A stretch of DNA of 64,000 nt from an uncultured Candidatus Rokubacteria bacterium. Its GTDB lineage: Bacteria > Methylomirabilota > Methylomirabilia > Rokubacteriales > CSP1-6. Of this stretch, positions 1-10,345 are shown one piece after another. The DNA is taken from contig CAVWWD010000004.1 of NCBI GenBank assembly GCA_963758635.1, positions 128,001 through 192,000 on the forward strand, read 5' to 3'. Made by a program: the position numbers and the translations under genes. Position 1 is the first letter of the stretch; each line of letters starts with the position of its first letter. The notes under the pieces are model-generated. The model was given only the letters and a program-made list of their open reading frames with translations. It searched no databases and had not been told where the DNA came from.

Positions 1-1046
1 GCGCGGAGCGCCGCCGTCCAGTCGATCAGCTCGGAGGTGCCCGGCCGGTACTGGAGCTCGTCCTGGTGCTGCTCGCGGAAGTCCCAGAACCGCTCCAGGA
101 GCTGCCGGTAGAAGGGTGGCAGCGCGGGCCCGCCCTGGCCGCCCTCGGCGCGGCGGTCGGCGAAGAAGCGCTGGGCCACGATGTCCGTCAGCTCGTCGCG
201 GGTCGGGTCCGGGATGTGGAAGAACGTGCAGCGGCGCAGGAACGGCGCGGGCAGGTCGCGCTCGGAGTTGCTCGTGATGATCACGATGGGCCGGTGCTCC
301 GGGTGCACCTCCATGGGGGCCAGGCCCAGCTCGCGCACGCGGAACTCGAGCCGCTCGATGCCGTTCAGGAGGTCGTTCGGGAAGTCGCGGCTGGTCTTGT
401 CGATCTCGTCGATGAGGACCACGCTCGGCCGCGCGGCGGTCGCGGCCGCGCGCTCGCCGGGCCCGAACACCGCGTCGAACAGCACGTCGTACCGCGCCGG
501 GTCCGAGCGCACGATGGCCTCGCCGAGCGGACCCAGCTTGACGAACCGCTCGGGGGCCAGCGGCTTCGGCTCGTTCCGGATCTGCGTGGCCAGCTCGCCG
601 CGGATCTGGGTGGCGATCTCCTCCGGAGCCTCGGGCTTCGTGGCGAGCCTGAACATCTCGACCGCGGCCAGGTGCCCGACGAGGTCGAAGCGGTAGAAGA
701 GGTCGTTGGCCTCCGACAGCGACTGGGCCTCGAATCGCAGCACCGGGCCCAGGTTGAGCTCCCACGCGATCCGCTCGGCGAGCTGGCTCTTCCCCGTGCC
801 GGGGTTGCCGGTGAGGAGGAGCGGCTTCGACAGCGCCAGCGCGGTGTTGACGGCGTCGGCCAGGTCCGGCCGCGCGCGATAGTTGGCGGGATGGTTGGGG
901 AAGCGCAGGTTGTCCTGCTCGCCGGGGTCCGCGTGATGGCGGCGCCAGGGCCCGATCCGACCGTCCCAGGGGTCGATCTCGCCGATGCGGGAGCCGAGCG
1001 CGGCGAGGTCTCCCCGGCCGACGAAGGTGAAGCGATGGGGCGCCAT
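1..1046 (-). CDS. MoxR-family AAA+ ATPase (3' end off the window edge)
   Basis: Own translation of the minus strand from ATG 1046 (GGAGG RBS upstream): LLLTGNPGTGKS (Walker A), VLIDEIDK (Walker B), RDFPNDLL, IITSNSERDLPAPFLRRC. Not in the ORF track because no stop lies in the window. Confidence 0.9.
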   Translation of the reverse strand, partial: MAPHRFTFVGRGDLAALGSRIGEIDPWDGRIGPWRRHHADPGEQDNLRFPNHPANYRARPDLADAVNTALALSKPLLLTGNPGTGKSQLAERIAWELNLGPVLRFEAQSLSEANDLFYRFDLVGHLAAVEMFRLATKPEAPEEIATQIRGELATQIRNEPKPLAPERFVKLGPLGEAIVRSDPARYDVLFDAVFGPGERAAATAARPSVVLIDEIDKTSRDFPNDLLNGIERLEFRVRELGLAPMEVHPEHRPIVIITSNSERDLPAPFLRRCTFFHIPDPTRDELTDIVAQRFFADRRAEGGQGGPALPPFYRQLLERFWDFREQHQDELQYRPGTSELIDWTAALR

Positions 1047-1086
1047 GCCGTCCTCCTCAGCCTGTCCTTGGTCTTGTCGCAGATGA

Positions 1087-1662
1087 TCAGGCGTCACCGC
1101 GTCCGCGATCTGGTCCGCGCTCTCGGCCGGCCTGTCCTGGCTCGCGCCAGGTGAACCGGTCGTGCCGCAGGCGGATGAGCCACGAGTTGCTCTTGGTGTC
1201 GGAGAGCCAGAGGTCGCGGACGCGCCAGAGGTCCCAGGCCGGCTTCTCGACCGGGGCGAGGAACACGCGGACGCGCTCGGCCGGGTCCGTCTTGACGACG
1301 CGGTCGACGAATCGCGCCATCTCGCCCGCGGACGGCGCGCGCCCCTTGAAGTCGGTGTTGGCGTTGATGTACCGGCTGCTGAGGACGGCGACGAAGTCCG
1401 TCACGCCGCTGTCCCGTTGGGCAGGGTCGGGGCGCCGAGCGCCGACGGCGCCCGCCTCCACGGCCTCGCTCTGCGCCTCCACCGTCTGCAGGGGCTCGTC
1501 GAACTCGTCTCCGATGAGCGCGCCCATGTCGCCGCGCAGGCGCTCCCAGAAGTCGCCGATCCAGGTGCGCTGCTCGGGCACCGACGGATCCACCCAGGAG
1601 ACGAACACGCACCGGCGCGAGACGATCTTCTTCGCCCGGAAGGCCTTGGTGTTGGCCGGCAT
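1087..1662 (-). CDS. Hypothetical protein, probable divergent TIR-like domain
   Basis: MPANTKAF...CVFVSWVD...WIGDFWERL...FVAVLSSRY...GEMARF...VFLAPV follows the TIR beta-alpha pattern; lies between a TIR gene and MoxR. Confidence 0.55.
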   Translation of the reverse strand: MPANTKAFRAKKIVSRRCVFVSWVDPSVPEQRTWIGDFWERLRGDMGALIGDEFDEPLQTVEAQSEAVEAGAVGARRPDPAQRDSGVTDFVAVLSSRYINANTDFKGRAPSAGEMARFVDRVVKTDPAERVRVFLAPVEKPAWDLWRVRDLWLSDTKSNSWLIRLRHDRFTWREPGQAGRERGPDRGRGDA

Positions 1663-1694
1663 TGGCGCTCGCGCTCGACCCGCTCGTCGCGCCG

Positions 1695-2344
1695 CTACGC
1701 GATGACCCGCTGCAGGCGCCGGATGAGCTGCGCGATCTGATCGCCCAGCCTGGCCTCGTTCTCCCAGGCCAGGCGCACCAGCCTCCGGTTCTCGTCGAAC
1801 GGACCCAGGAACTGCACGTCGCCGATCTTCTCGATCAACGGGCTCGGGCTCTTGATGCGCCCCGCGAGCCGATCCTGGGTGAACAGGAAGTAGTCCGGGT
1901 TGAGGTCCTCGACCAGCACGAACAGCAGCCGGACGGGCGCCTGCGCCTCGAAGCGCTCGACGATGCGCGCCACTTCCTTGCGGCAGTAGTCGGAGCCCCA
2001 GTAGGCGTTGGTGAGGAGCACCACGAAGTGCGTGGTCCGGTCGAGGGCGGAGACGATCTTCTCGTCGAACAGGTCGGCCGGCTCGACCTCGTGGTCGTCC
2101 ATGAAGACGTCGCGTTCCACGCGTCCGCCGCCGGCGCCAGGGCCTCGAACAGCTTGTTCGCGATGCCGGTCGTGGGCGCGGCGTGGCGGTAGGAGATGAA
2201 GATGGTCGGCCGCGGGGAGTGATGACGCGGGCACGGCCGGCCGAGCGCGTCGGCCGGGCGATGGCCCGGGCGGGCTTCGCCCCGGCCGGCTTGCGCCGGG
2301 CTGGCGTCTTCGCCGACGGGGCGCGTCGATCGCTTCCTGCCCAC
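1695..2344 (-). CDS. TIR domain protein (frameshift near 2113, possibly others in the N-terminus)
   Basis: TIFISYRH in one frame joins DVFMDDHEVEPADLFDEKIVSALDRTTHFVVLLTNAYWGSDYCRKEV in the next; GTG 2344 follows GGAG. Confidence 0.8.
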
Positions 2345-2522
2345 GTGACCGTCTCCAAGCTCGCCGCTCGCCCGGGCGAGCGGCCGTTCGGATGCGTCAC
2401 AGACCGATCGACGTGACCGTAGCGGCATCCTCCACATGGGTCAAGTGCGCGCGTTTCCGCGGGCACACCAGACATGGCCGCCTTCGGCCCGTGCCGCGAG
2501 CGCGGGGCGGCTTCTGCCCGCC

Positions 2523-3110
2523 TCAGGCGGGAGGCAGGAGCAGGTGCATCGTCGCCTCCAGCACGTCGCGCCACGGCAGGTGCGCGATCGGGCTTCCCGC
2601 GTTGTCCCTCGTGCGGAGGCCGGGCACGTAGATCTGGGTCATCGAACGGTCCGGATCGTAGCGGAAGAGCCCGTGATGGCCCTCCAGCGGCCGGCGTCCG
2701 GCGGGCACGAGCACGGTTCCGTCGGGGCTGACCAGCGATCCGTACGCCACCGCGCCGGGACGGATCGCCCGGGGCGTGCCGCTCCACGCGGCGAGGGGGG
2801 CGATCACCTTCGCGTAGAGCAGGACGTCCATGCTGCTCCACTCGAGAGGCACCGCCAGCGCCGAGCGGCCGGCCTGGGCGAGCGAGACCCGATCCCGCCG
2901 CGCGAGCTGCAGCAGGGCATCGTGCACGCTCCGGCCGAACCACCACGCTCCCGAATACCAGCGCGAGCTGTCAGCGGCGTTGCCGAACCGGTAGATCTGC
3001 ATGCCGGGTAGCAGCATCACGTCCACCACGCTGCTCATCCCGGACTCGGCGGACTCGCGCTCTTCCACCGAGCCGAGGTACGCGTGGTTCGCCGCGGTCA
3101 GCGTGGGCAT
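2523..3110 (-). CDS. Hypothetical protein with TNT/ART-like NAD-glycohydrolase motif pattern
   Basis: 195-aa ORF: LLPGMQIYRFG...GAWW...LAVPLEW...YAKVIAPL...G...TQIYVP. CDS is well supported; function is inference. Confidence 0.5.
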   Translation of the reverse strand: MPTLTAANHAYLGSVEERESAESGMSSVVDVMLLPGMQIYRFGNAADSSRWYSGAWWFGRSVHDALLQLARRDRVSLAQAGRSALAVPLEWSSMDVLLYAKVIAPLAAWSGTPRAIRPGAVAYGSLVSPDGTVLVPAGRRPLEGHHGLFRYDPDRSMTQIYVPGLRTRDNAGSPIAHLPWRDVLEATMHLLLPPA

Positions 3111-3120
3111 GGGAGCGGGC

Positions 3121-3516
3121 TCAGGACGCGGCGGCGCGGTAGGCGCGCCAGCCGCCCCAGCGCGTGATCTCGCGCTGACCCTCGCAGAGCGCGGGCTCGC
3201 CGAGGACGCCCAGCGTCTCCTCGCCGTCGGCGAGGCGCACCTTGCCGATGCAGAGGCCCGGGGGCTCCTGGAGCAGGATCTGGCCCAGGCCGGCGGCGGG
3301 CACGTCCCAGACCTCCACGGCGATGGCGGCGCCGCCCTCGCGCACCCGGATCATGGCGGGATGGCGGTCGCCGATGGACCAGAGGCGGTACTCGGGCACC
3401 GTGGTCGCCTCGCGCACGAAGCGGGCGCCCGCGGCGAGCATGTTGGGGTTCAGTTCGAGGCCGCGCATGAGGGTGCCGTTTACGGCGAGGCGGATGTCCA
3501 TGGGGCCGTCCGTCAT
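3121..3516 (-). CDS. Stand-alone allophanate hydrolase C-terminal (GGCT-like) domain protein
   Basis: LAVNGTLMRGLELN...YRLWSI...IAVEVWDVP...EPPGLCIGKVRLADG...ITRWGGWRAY; ATGA overlap with the upstream gene. Confidence 0.8.
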   Translation of the reverse strand: MTDGPMDIRLAVNGTLMRGLELNPNMLAAGARFVREATTVPEYRLWSIGDRHPAMIRVREGGAAIAVEVWDVPAAGLGQILLQEPPGLCIGKVRLADGEETLGVLGEPALCEGQREITRWGGWRAYRAAAS

Positions 3517-4962
3517 GCGCGCGGGGCGGGCGGCGGCGCAGTCACGGCGCCTCGGGCGCCCGCCACGCCCGCCGTGATGGCCGACGCGAGGGCGCGGGCC
3601 GCTGCCTCGAAGCACGCCCGCGGCGGGTTGACGAGCCCGGCGCCGATCTGGCCGATGCCCGGCTCCCGATGCGCGATGCCGGTGTTGATCTGGGGCAGGA
3701 TGCCGGTCTGCGCGACCAGGCGCACGTCGATGCCGGTCGGCGTGCCGCGGAAGTCGAGGGTGGGGATCCGGTACGCGCCGCTCTCGGCGAGCGTGATCTC
3801 GTACATCCTGCGCGTGTAGCGCAGCGCGTCCTCGGGCGTGCCGCCCACGAACTGGACGATGGCGGGGGCGGCGGCCATGGCGAAGCCGCCGAGCCCGGCC
3901 GTCTCGGTGATCGCGCTGTCGCCGATGTCGGGGTTGGCGTCGGCCGGCCCGAAGCCGGCGAAGTAGAGGCCCACGGGCGTCTCGGCGGGCGCGGTGAACC
4001 AGCGGTCGCCGAGGCCGCTCACGCGGATGCCGAAGTCGGTGCCGTTGCGCGCCATGGCGGTGACGAGGCTCGAGGCCGGCACGCCGTGGGCGGCGTCGCA
4101 CGCCGTCTTCGCCGCGGCCATGGCCACGTTCAGGAACAGGTGCTCGTTGCCGCCCATGAAGTCGAGCGCGCGCCGGCGCTCCGCGGCGGGCAGGTCGCTG
4201 CCGGCCAGCGCGGGGGCGAGCGCCTTCACGAGCAGCGCGGAGGCCGCGCGGTTCCGGTTGTGGCACTCGTCGCCCATCTGCACGGCCTGCGCGATGAGCG
4301 CCTGCACGTCGATGCCGCCGATCGCCCGCGACCGCGGCGCCCAGCGCCGGTCCCAGCGAGTCGCGGAACCAGCGCAGGCGGTCCAGCACCTCGGGCGCGA
4401 ACGCGCCGTAGCGAAGCACCTTGCCGAGCCCCTCGTTCAGCGTGGCGCAGGCCCGCTGCCCGTGCACGCGGTCCTCCACGACGAGGACAGGCATGGAGGC
4501 CGTGACGATGCCGGCCATCGGGCCCACGGCGGCATGGTGATGACAGGGCTCGAACGCTACGCCGCCCGTGGCCGCCATCCGCTCCGCCTGCTCGGCCGTC
4601 GATGCCAGCCCCTCGTGGAGCAAGGCCCCGATCACCGCGCCGCGCATCGGTCCGCTCATCCGCGCCCACTCGATGGGCGGGCCGGCGTGGAGGACGAGGT
4701 CGCGCCGCATGCCGGGGATGGCGTCGATGGCGGGGCGCACGTCGACCAGGACGGGACGCGCGGCCAGGAGCCGCTCGACGGCGACGCGATTGGCGGCGTC
4801 CACGTCGTCGCGCCAGAGAACCTCGAGCTCGGCTGCGAGCGGGGATGGCGCCCACTCGACGCGCGTGACCGGCGCGCCCTGCGCGGCCACCGCCTCGGCG
4901 AACAGCGCCGGGCCCGACACGGCGATCGCCGGTGGGGCGTCCAGGAGCCCACGCGCGGTCAC
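3513..4962 (-). CDS. ylbE: DUF1116 / YlbE (AllG-like carbamoyltransferase subunit), frameshift near 4325
   Basis: VLHAGPPIEW, PCHHHAAVGPMAG, NEGLGKVLRYGA, then MGDECHNRN, MARNGTDFGI, DIGDSAITET, INTGIAHREPGIGQIGAG. Confidence 0.85.
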
Positions 4963-4986
4963 CGGTTCCCCCTCACCCGGTCCCCC

Positions 4987-6436
4987 TCATCGGCTCCCCC
5001 GGGCGAGCGCGAGCGCGGTCTCCGCGGCGATGCGGTTGCTTCCGCACACGATGGCGTCGACCGCGCGCAGCGCGTCTTCCTGCGCCGCGAGGCCCTGCGG
5101 GTCGTCGTCCGTGCCCACCACGTGCGCCACCACGGCGAGACGGCGGCCGAGGCGCGACGCGCGCGTGCGGGCCTCGGCGATGGCGGCCGCCGCGGCGCCC
5201 GCGGGATCGGGGTGGGCGCACGAGCCGAGCACGGCGTCGAGCAGGAGCACGCCCACGCGCGGGTCGCTGGCGGCGCGCGCCAGCGCCGCCGATCGGAGCG
5301 CCGGGTCGATCATCGGGTGGGGACGGCCGCGCGTGTACTCCTCCGCGCCGAAGTCCACGAAGCCGCGCGCGTCCGGGCCCACGATGCGCCGCGCCTCGTC
5401 GCAGAGCGTGCCGCCCGTGAAGAGGCCCAGCACGTGGCCGAGTCGCTCGCGCCCGGCTTCGAGCTTCGGCGCGTCGATCGCGGCCGGCTCGAGACCGAGC
5501 GCGCGCACGGCGGCGGCCGCGGCGTCCTCGAGGGTGTCGACGAGGCGCACGCCGCCCGGCGCCGCGCCGCTCCAGCCGAGCAGGCAGCCGATCACGGGCT
5601 TTCCGAGCGACGCGGCGGCGCCCAGCACCGCGCGCGCAACGTCGGAGGACGCCGGCTTCGACACCAGCACCACGACCCGCGTGGCGGCGTCGGCGCCGAG
5701 GAGCGCGAGAGCCTGGAGCGAGGTGATCCCGCCGATCTCCGCGTGGAGGTCACGTCCCCCCGTGCCGATCGCGTGCGAGACGCCGCCGCCGAGCCGATGG
5801 ATCAGGCTCGTGACCTCCTGGAGCCCGGTGCCCGAGGCGCCGACCAGGCCGATGCCGCCCCGGCGCACGCGGTTGGCGAAGCCCAGCCCCACGCCGTTGA
5901 CGATGCTGGTCCCGCACTCCGGTCCCATGACGAGCAGGCCGCGCGCGCGCGCGCGGAGCTTCAGCGCGCGCTCCGCGGCGGGCGGCACGCCGTCGCTGAA
6001 GAGGAACACGTGGAGACCGGCGGACAGCGCCTGGTGCGCCTCGGCCACGGCGTGCTCGCCGGGAACGCCGATCACCGCGAGGTTCGTGTCAGGCATCCGC
6101 CGGGCCGCGCTCATCAGCGATTGCGGCGGCTCCTCGGCGCGCCCGCCGTCGCCGGCGCGGCGTCCGCGGGCCAGGAGCGATTCGGCCTGGGCGAGCGCGG
6201 CGTGGCCGCTCGGCGTGTCGTCGGCGGCCACGGCGACGAGCAGGTCCTCCGCGCTCGCGGCGTCGGCCTCGGCCGGGCGGAGACCGGCCTCGGCGAGCGT
6301 GGCGAGGTTGGCGGGCGTCGCCATCAGGACCGCGGCATCGCGGATGCCCGGCAGCTTACGCAGCGCCTCGGCGGCCTGCATGAGCGCAATGGAGTCGGCG
6401 TAGGCGCCGCGGCGAAGCCGATCCCATGACGTGCAC
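4987..6436 (-). CDS. fdrA: FdrA (AllF-like, SucD-related acyl-CoA synthetase family); apparent frameshift just after the GTG start
   Basis: GAYADSIALM, VLMATPAN, HVFLFSDGV, LVMGPECGT, GASGTGLQE, GTGGRDL, YTRGRPHPMID, HVVGTDDDPQG; GGAGG then GTG at 6436. Confidence 0.88.
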
Positions 6437-6564
6437 GTGAGAACCCTCCAGGGAACGTGGCGGCCCGAGTATAGGCAGCGCTTCCTGCCGGATCAACCGT
6501 GGGGGCGCCGGTCCACGCGGGCGCACAAGGCTTGCGCAGTCGAGGGCCGGCGTGCATAAGAACT

Positions 6565-6700
6565 AGGCACGACTCAGCCGGACGCCGGGGGCCCGGAGAC
6601 CGCCGAAGTGCTTTCGGGGCACGAGGTTGGCGCGGGCCGTCCCGTTGGTGCGCCCCTTGCGTACCGCCCGGGTGGTTCCGCTCGGTCATCGAACCCTCTT
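6565..6700 (+). promoter_or_regulatory. Structured leader, candidate cis-regulatory RNA
   Basis: Several short hairpins, GGCACGA twice, and mutually exclusive stems upstream of the SBP RBS; no known family recognised. Confidence 0.35.
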
Positions 6701-6714
6701 TCAAGGAGTCAGCC

Positions 6715-7842
6715 ATGCTCGACTGGAGTGGACAGGGGAGCCGCCGCGAAGCCCTGAAGACGCTCGGCGTCGCCGGCGCGATCGGGGCGCTGGGGGCGCT
6801 CGCCCCGGCGCGCGCCCGCGCCGCGGACAAGCTGGTCGTCGGCGTCATCTACGTGGGCCCCCGCGACGACTACGGCTACAACCAGGCGCAGGCGCAGGCC
6901 GCCGCCGCGATCAAGAAGATGCCCGGGGTCACGGTCGTCGAGCAGGAGAAGGTGCCGGAGACGACGGACGTGCAGAAGACCATGGGCTCCATGATCGAGC
7001 AGGACGGCGCCACGCTCCTGTTCCCGACGTCGTTCGGCTACTTCGATCCCCACATCCTCCGGCTGGCCGAGCGGTATCCGAAGGTGCGGTTCGCGCATTG
7101 CGGCGGGCTCTGGACCGACGGCAAGCATCCGAAGAACGCGGGCAGCTACTTCGGCTACATCGACGAGTGCCAGTACCTGAACGGCGTGGTGGCGGGCCAC
7201 AAGAGCAAGTCGAAGAAGCTCGGCTTCATCGCGGCCAAGCCCATCCCGCAGGTGCTGCGGAACATCAACGCCTTCACGCTCGGCGCGCGCAGCGTGGACC
7301 CGAAGATCACCACGCAGCTCATCGTCACCGGCGACTGGTCGCTGCCCGTCAAGGAGGCGGAAGCGGCCCAGAGCCTGATCGACCAGGGCGTGGACGTGCT
7401 CACCTGCCACGTGGACAGCCCGAAGGTGGTGGTGGAGACGGCGGAGCGCCGCGGCATCTCCGTGTGCGGCTACCACGCCAACCAGGCCACGCTCGCGCCC
7501 AAGGGCTACCTGACCGGCGCCGAGTGGAACTGGCTCACGCCCTACACGGCGCACGTGAAGGACGCGCAGGCGGGCAAGCCGATGGTCAACTTCCTGCGCG
7601 GCGGGCTCAAGGACGGGTTCGTGAAGGCCTCGGCCTACGGGGCCAGCGTGTCGGAGGCGGCGCGGAAGAACGCCGACGGCGTGAAGGCGCGCATGATGAA
7701 GGGCGACTTCGTGATCTTCCGCGGGCCGATCAAGGACAACACGGGCAAGACCGTCGTCGACTCCGGCGTGGCCCTCAAGCAGACGGACGTCGTCCTCGAG
7801 CAGATGAGCTACCTGGTCGAGGGGGTGCTCGGCCGGGTGTGA
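6715..7842 (+). CDS. BMP-family ABC transporter substrate-binding protein (Tat-like signal)
   Basis: SRREALK signal; VGVIYVGPRDDYGYNQA; AAGGAG RBS. Confidence 0.9.
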   Translation: MLDWSGQGSRREALKTLGVAGAIGALGALAPARARAADKLVVGVIYVGPRDDYGYNQAQAQAAAAIKKMPGVTVVEQEKVPETTDVQKTMGSMIEQDGATLLFPTSFGYFDPHILRLAERYPKVRFAHCGGLWTDGKHPKNAGSYFGYIDECQYLNGVVAGHKSKSKKLGFIAAKPIPQVLRNINAFTLGARSVDPKITTQLIVTGDWSLPVKEAEAAQSLIDQGVDVLTCHVDSPKVVVETAERRGISVCGYHANQATLAPKGYLTGAEWNWLTPYTAHVKDAQAGKPMVNFLRGGLKDGFVKASAYGASVSEAARKNADGVKARMMKGDFVIFRGPIKDNTGKTVVDSGVALKQTDVVLEQMSYLVEGVLGRV

Positions 7843-8892
7843 CCCGCCCCGCGCTCCGGGGGGCGGCGGAAGCCCTCGTCATCCCCGTCGCCGCGCTCGC
7901 CGCGGCGATGGCGCTGTTCGGCGTCTTCATGGCCGTGCTCGGCCACGACCCGTTCCAGGTCTACGCGCTGATCTATCGCGGGGCGTTCGCGTCCGCGTTC
8001 GCGTGGCAGAACACGCTGGCGCGCGCGGCGCCCCTCGTGCTCACCGCGCTCTGCGTGGCGCTGCCCGCGCAGGCCGGGCTCATGGTGATCGGCGGGGAGG
8101 GCGCGCTCGTGCTGGGCGGGCTCGCCGCCGCCGTGCTCGGCCATCTGCTCGCCGGGTCCGCGCCGCTCGCCGTCAAGCTCGCGATGGCCGCCGGGCGCGA
8201 TGGCGATCGGCGCGGCGTGGATCGTGCTCGCGGGCGCGCTCCGCCACTACCGGGGCGTGAACGAGACCATCTCGAGCCTGCTCCTCACGTACATCGCCAT
8301 CGCGCTGTTCAACCACCTGGTCGAGGGGCCGCTGCGCGATCCGGCCAGCCTCAACAAGCCCTCCACCACGCCGATCGGGGAGGCCAGCATGCTGGGCCGG
8401 CTGCCCGGCCTCGACGTGCACTGGGGCCTGGGCCTCGGCGTGGTCTTCTGCGTGCTCATGTACGTGCTGGTGGCGCGCACCACGATGGGGTTCGCCATGC
8501 GCATCGTCGGGGGCAACACACGCGCGGCGCGGCTGGCCGGCCTTCCCGTGGGGCCGCTGCTCCTCGGCGCGTGCGCCCTCGGGGGCGCCGCCGCCGGGCT
8601 CGCCGGCATGGTGGAGGTGGCCGCGGTGCACGGCACGGCGAACGCTTCCCTCGTCGCGGGCTACGGCTACGCCGGCATCCTCGTGGCGTTCATCGCCCGC
8701 CAGAACCCGCTGGCCATCGTGCCCGTGGCCGTCCTCGTCGGCGGCATCTCGGCGAGCGGCGGCATGCTGCAGCGGCGGCTCGACCTTCCCGACGCCACCG
8801 TGCTCGTGCTGCAGGGTGTGGCCTTCATGGCCATCCTGGCCAGCGAGGCGCTCTACGGCCGCGCGAAGCTCTTCCGGCCGAAGGCGGCGTGA
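7839..8892 (+). CDS. ABC transporter permease (nucleoside/BMP type), frameshift near 8195
   Basis: NTLARAAPLVLTAL, IGGEGAL, then VNETISSLLL, GYGYAGILVAFIAR; GTGA overlap with the SBP gene. Confidence 0.85.
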
Positions 8893-8895
8893 GCG

Positions 8896-9816
8896 ATGGG
8901 CGAGCTGGGCTGGTGGGGCGTGCCGCTCGCGGTGCTGGCCGGGGCCATCCGGCTGAGCACGCCGTTCCTGTTCGTGAGCCTCGGCGAGTGCATCACCGAG
9001 CGGAGCGGCCGGATCAACCTGGGATTGGAAGGCATTTTCGTGATGGGCGCGATGGCCGGCTACGCCGTGTCCCACGGGACGGGCAACCCGTGGGTCGGCG
9101 TGGTCGCGGCCGGCGGCGCGGGCCTCGCCCTCGGGCTGCTCCACGGCCTCGTGTGCAGCCTGCCGCGGGTCAACGACATCGCGGTGGGCATCGGGCTGAT
9201 GCTGCTCGGCACCGGCGTCGCGTTCTTCCTGGGCAAGCCGTACATACAACCGAAGGCCGCCATGCTGCCGGCGATCCCGCTCGGCGCGTGGAGCGACTCG
9301 CCGCAGGTGCGCACCGCGCTCCAGGTGAACCCGCTGTTCGTCATCGGCCTCGTGCTCGCCATCGGCCTCGCGTGGGCGTTCCGCAACACGCGCTGGGGGC
9401 TGGTGGTGCGCATGGTGGGCGACAGCTCGGACGCGGCGCGCGCCATGGGCTACCGCGTGCCCGCCGTGCGCACGCTGGCCACCGCGCTCGGCGGCTTCCT
9501 GGCCGGCGTGGGCGGATCGTTCCTCTCGCTGTACTATCCCGGAAGCTGGACGGAGGGACTGTCGAGCGGACAGGGGCTGATGGCGGTGGCGCTGGTGATC
9601 TTCGCGCGCTGGGATCCGCTGCGCTGCTTCTACGCCGCGCTCCTCTTCGGCGGCGCCAGCGCGCTGGGCCCCGCGCTCCAGTCGGTCGGCATCACGGGCG
9701 GCTACTACCTGTTCAACGCCGCCCCCTACGTCGTGACGCTGGCCATCATGATCGCCACCTGCTCCCCGCGCCGCACCCTGACCGGCGCGCCCGGCGAGCT
9801 GAGCATCACGCGATGA
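8896..9816 (+). CDS. ABC transporter permease
   Basis: LGECITERSGRINLGLEG, GQGLMAVALVIFARW. Confidence 0.92.
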   Translation: MGELGWWGVPLAVLAGAIRLSTPFLFVSLGECITERSGRINLGLEGIFVMGAMAGYAVSHGTGNPWVGVVAAGGAGLALGLLHGLVCSLPRVNDIAVGIGLMLLGTGVAFFLGKPYIQPKAAMLPAIPLGAWSDSPQVRTALQVNPLFVIGLVLAIGLAWAFRNTRWGLVVRMVGDSSDAARAMGYRVPAVRTLATALGGFLAGVGGSFLSLYYPGSWTEGLSSGQGLMAVALVIFARWDPLRCFYAALLFGGASALGPALQSVGITGGYYLFNAAPYVVTLAIMIATCSPRRTLTGAPGELSITR

Positions 9817-9839
9817 CCGCTGTACTGAACTGGTGGATG

Positions 9840-10100
9840 CTTCGTGTTTGCATGCTCGCGGAGCCCGGGTCGCCGGGGAGGCGGGCCGCGGGGCCCGGGG
9901 GTACCGTGGCGCCGCTCGTGCCGACAGACGAGCGGGCGGCGCGAGCGCGGCCCCCCCATCCCCCAGAGGGGGCTGCGCGTGGGCTGTCGACCCGTTGCGG
10001 TCGCGCTCGCGCCGCCCGTCGCGCGAGGCGTTTTCGCCACAAGGCACCCCCGGGCCCCGCGGCCCGCCTCCCCGGCGCCGCGTGGTTCCGCCGTCGCTCT
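9840..10100 (+). repeat. Structured ~260-bp element, copy 1 (inverted relative to 10346-10611)
   Basis: Reverse complement aligns end to end with 10346-10611; nested long stems. Confidence 0.85.
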
Positions 10101-10171
10101 TTCGGGCCAAAGCGCTGCGGGCAGCAACGACGAGGAGGACAGCGCGATGACGCGGTTCGTGAGCTGATCCG

Positions 10172-10259
10172 GCAACATCGGGGTCGGGTCTTGAAATGAT
10201 GCATTACGGTCGGCTCGACGATCCGGATATTGCAATTCAAGACCTGACCCCGATATTGC
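10172..10259. repeat. REP-doublet / MITE-like element with 24-bp inverted arms
   Basis: GCAACATCGGGGTCGGGTCTTGAA (10172-10195) and TTCAAGACCTGACCCCGATATTGC (10236-10259), 2 mismatches. Confidence 0.8.
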
Positions 10260-10345
10260 GTCACCGCGCCGCACCCTGACTGGTGTGCCGGCGAGCTGAG
10301 CATCACCCGATGACGGATGTGAGCCCGAGGGATTGCTGGTGTTCC

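Noticed and set aside
66..1154. Plus-strand ORFs over the MoxR gene, and the many long Arg/Ala/Gly-rich ORFs throughout the track
   Set aside because: Antisense or alternate-frame shadows typical of high-GC DNA; no motifs, while the opposite frame has clear family signatures.
3121..4962. 613-aa DUF1116-GGCT fusion suggested by the ORF track
   Set aside because: Artefact of the frameshift near 4325; the real genes overlap by ATGA at 3513-3516.
6565..6625. Guanidine riboswitch (class I, II or III)
   Set aside because: Contains ACG-loop-like bits but lacks twin ACGR hairpins and the class I/III consensus; kept only as an unassigned candidate.
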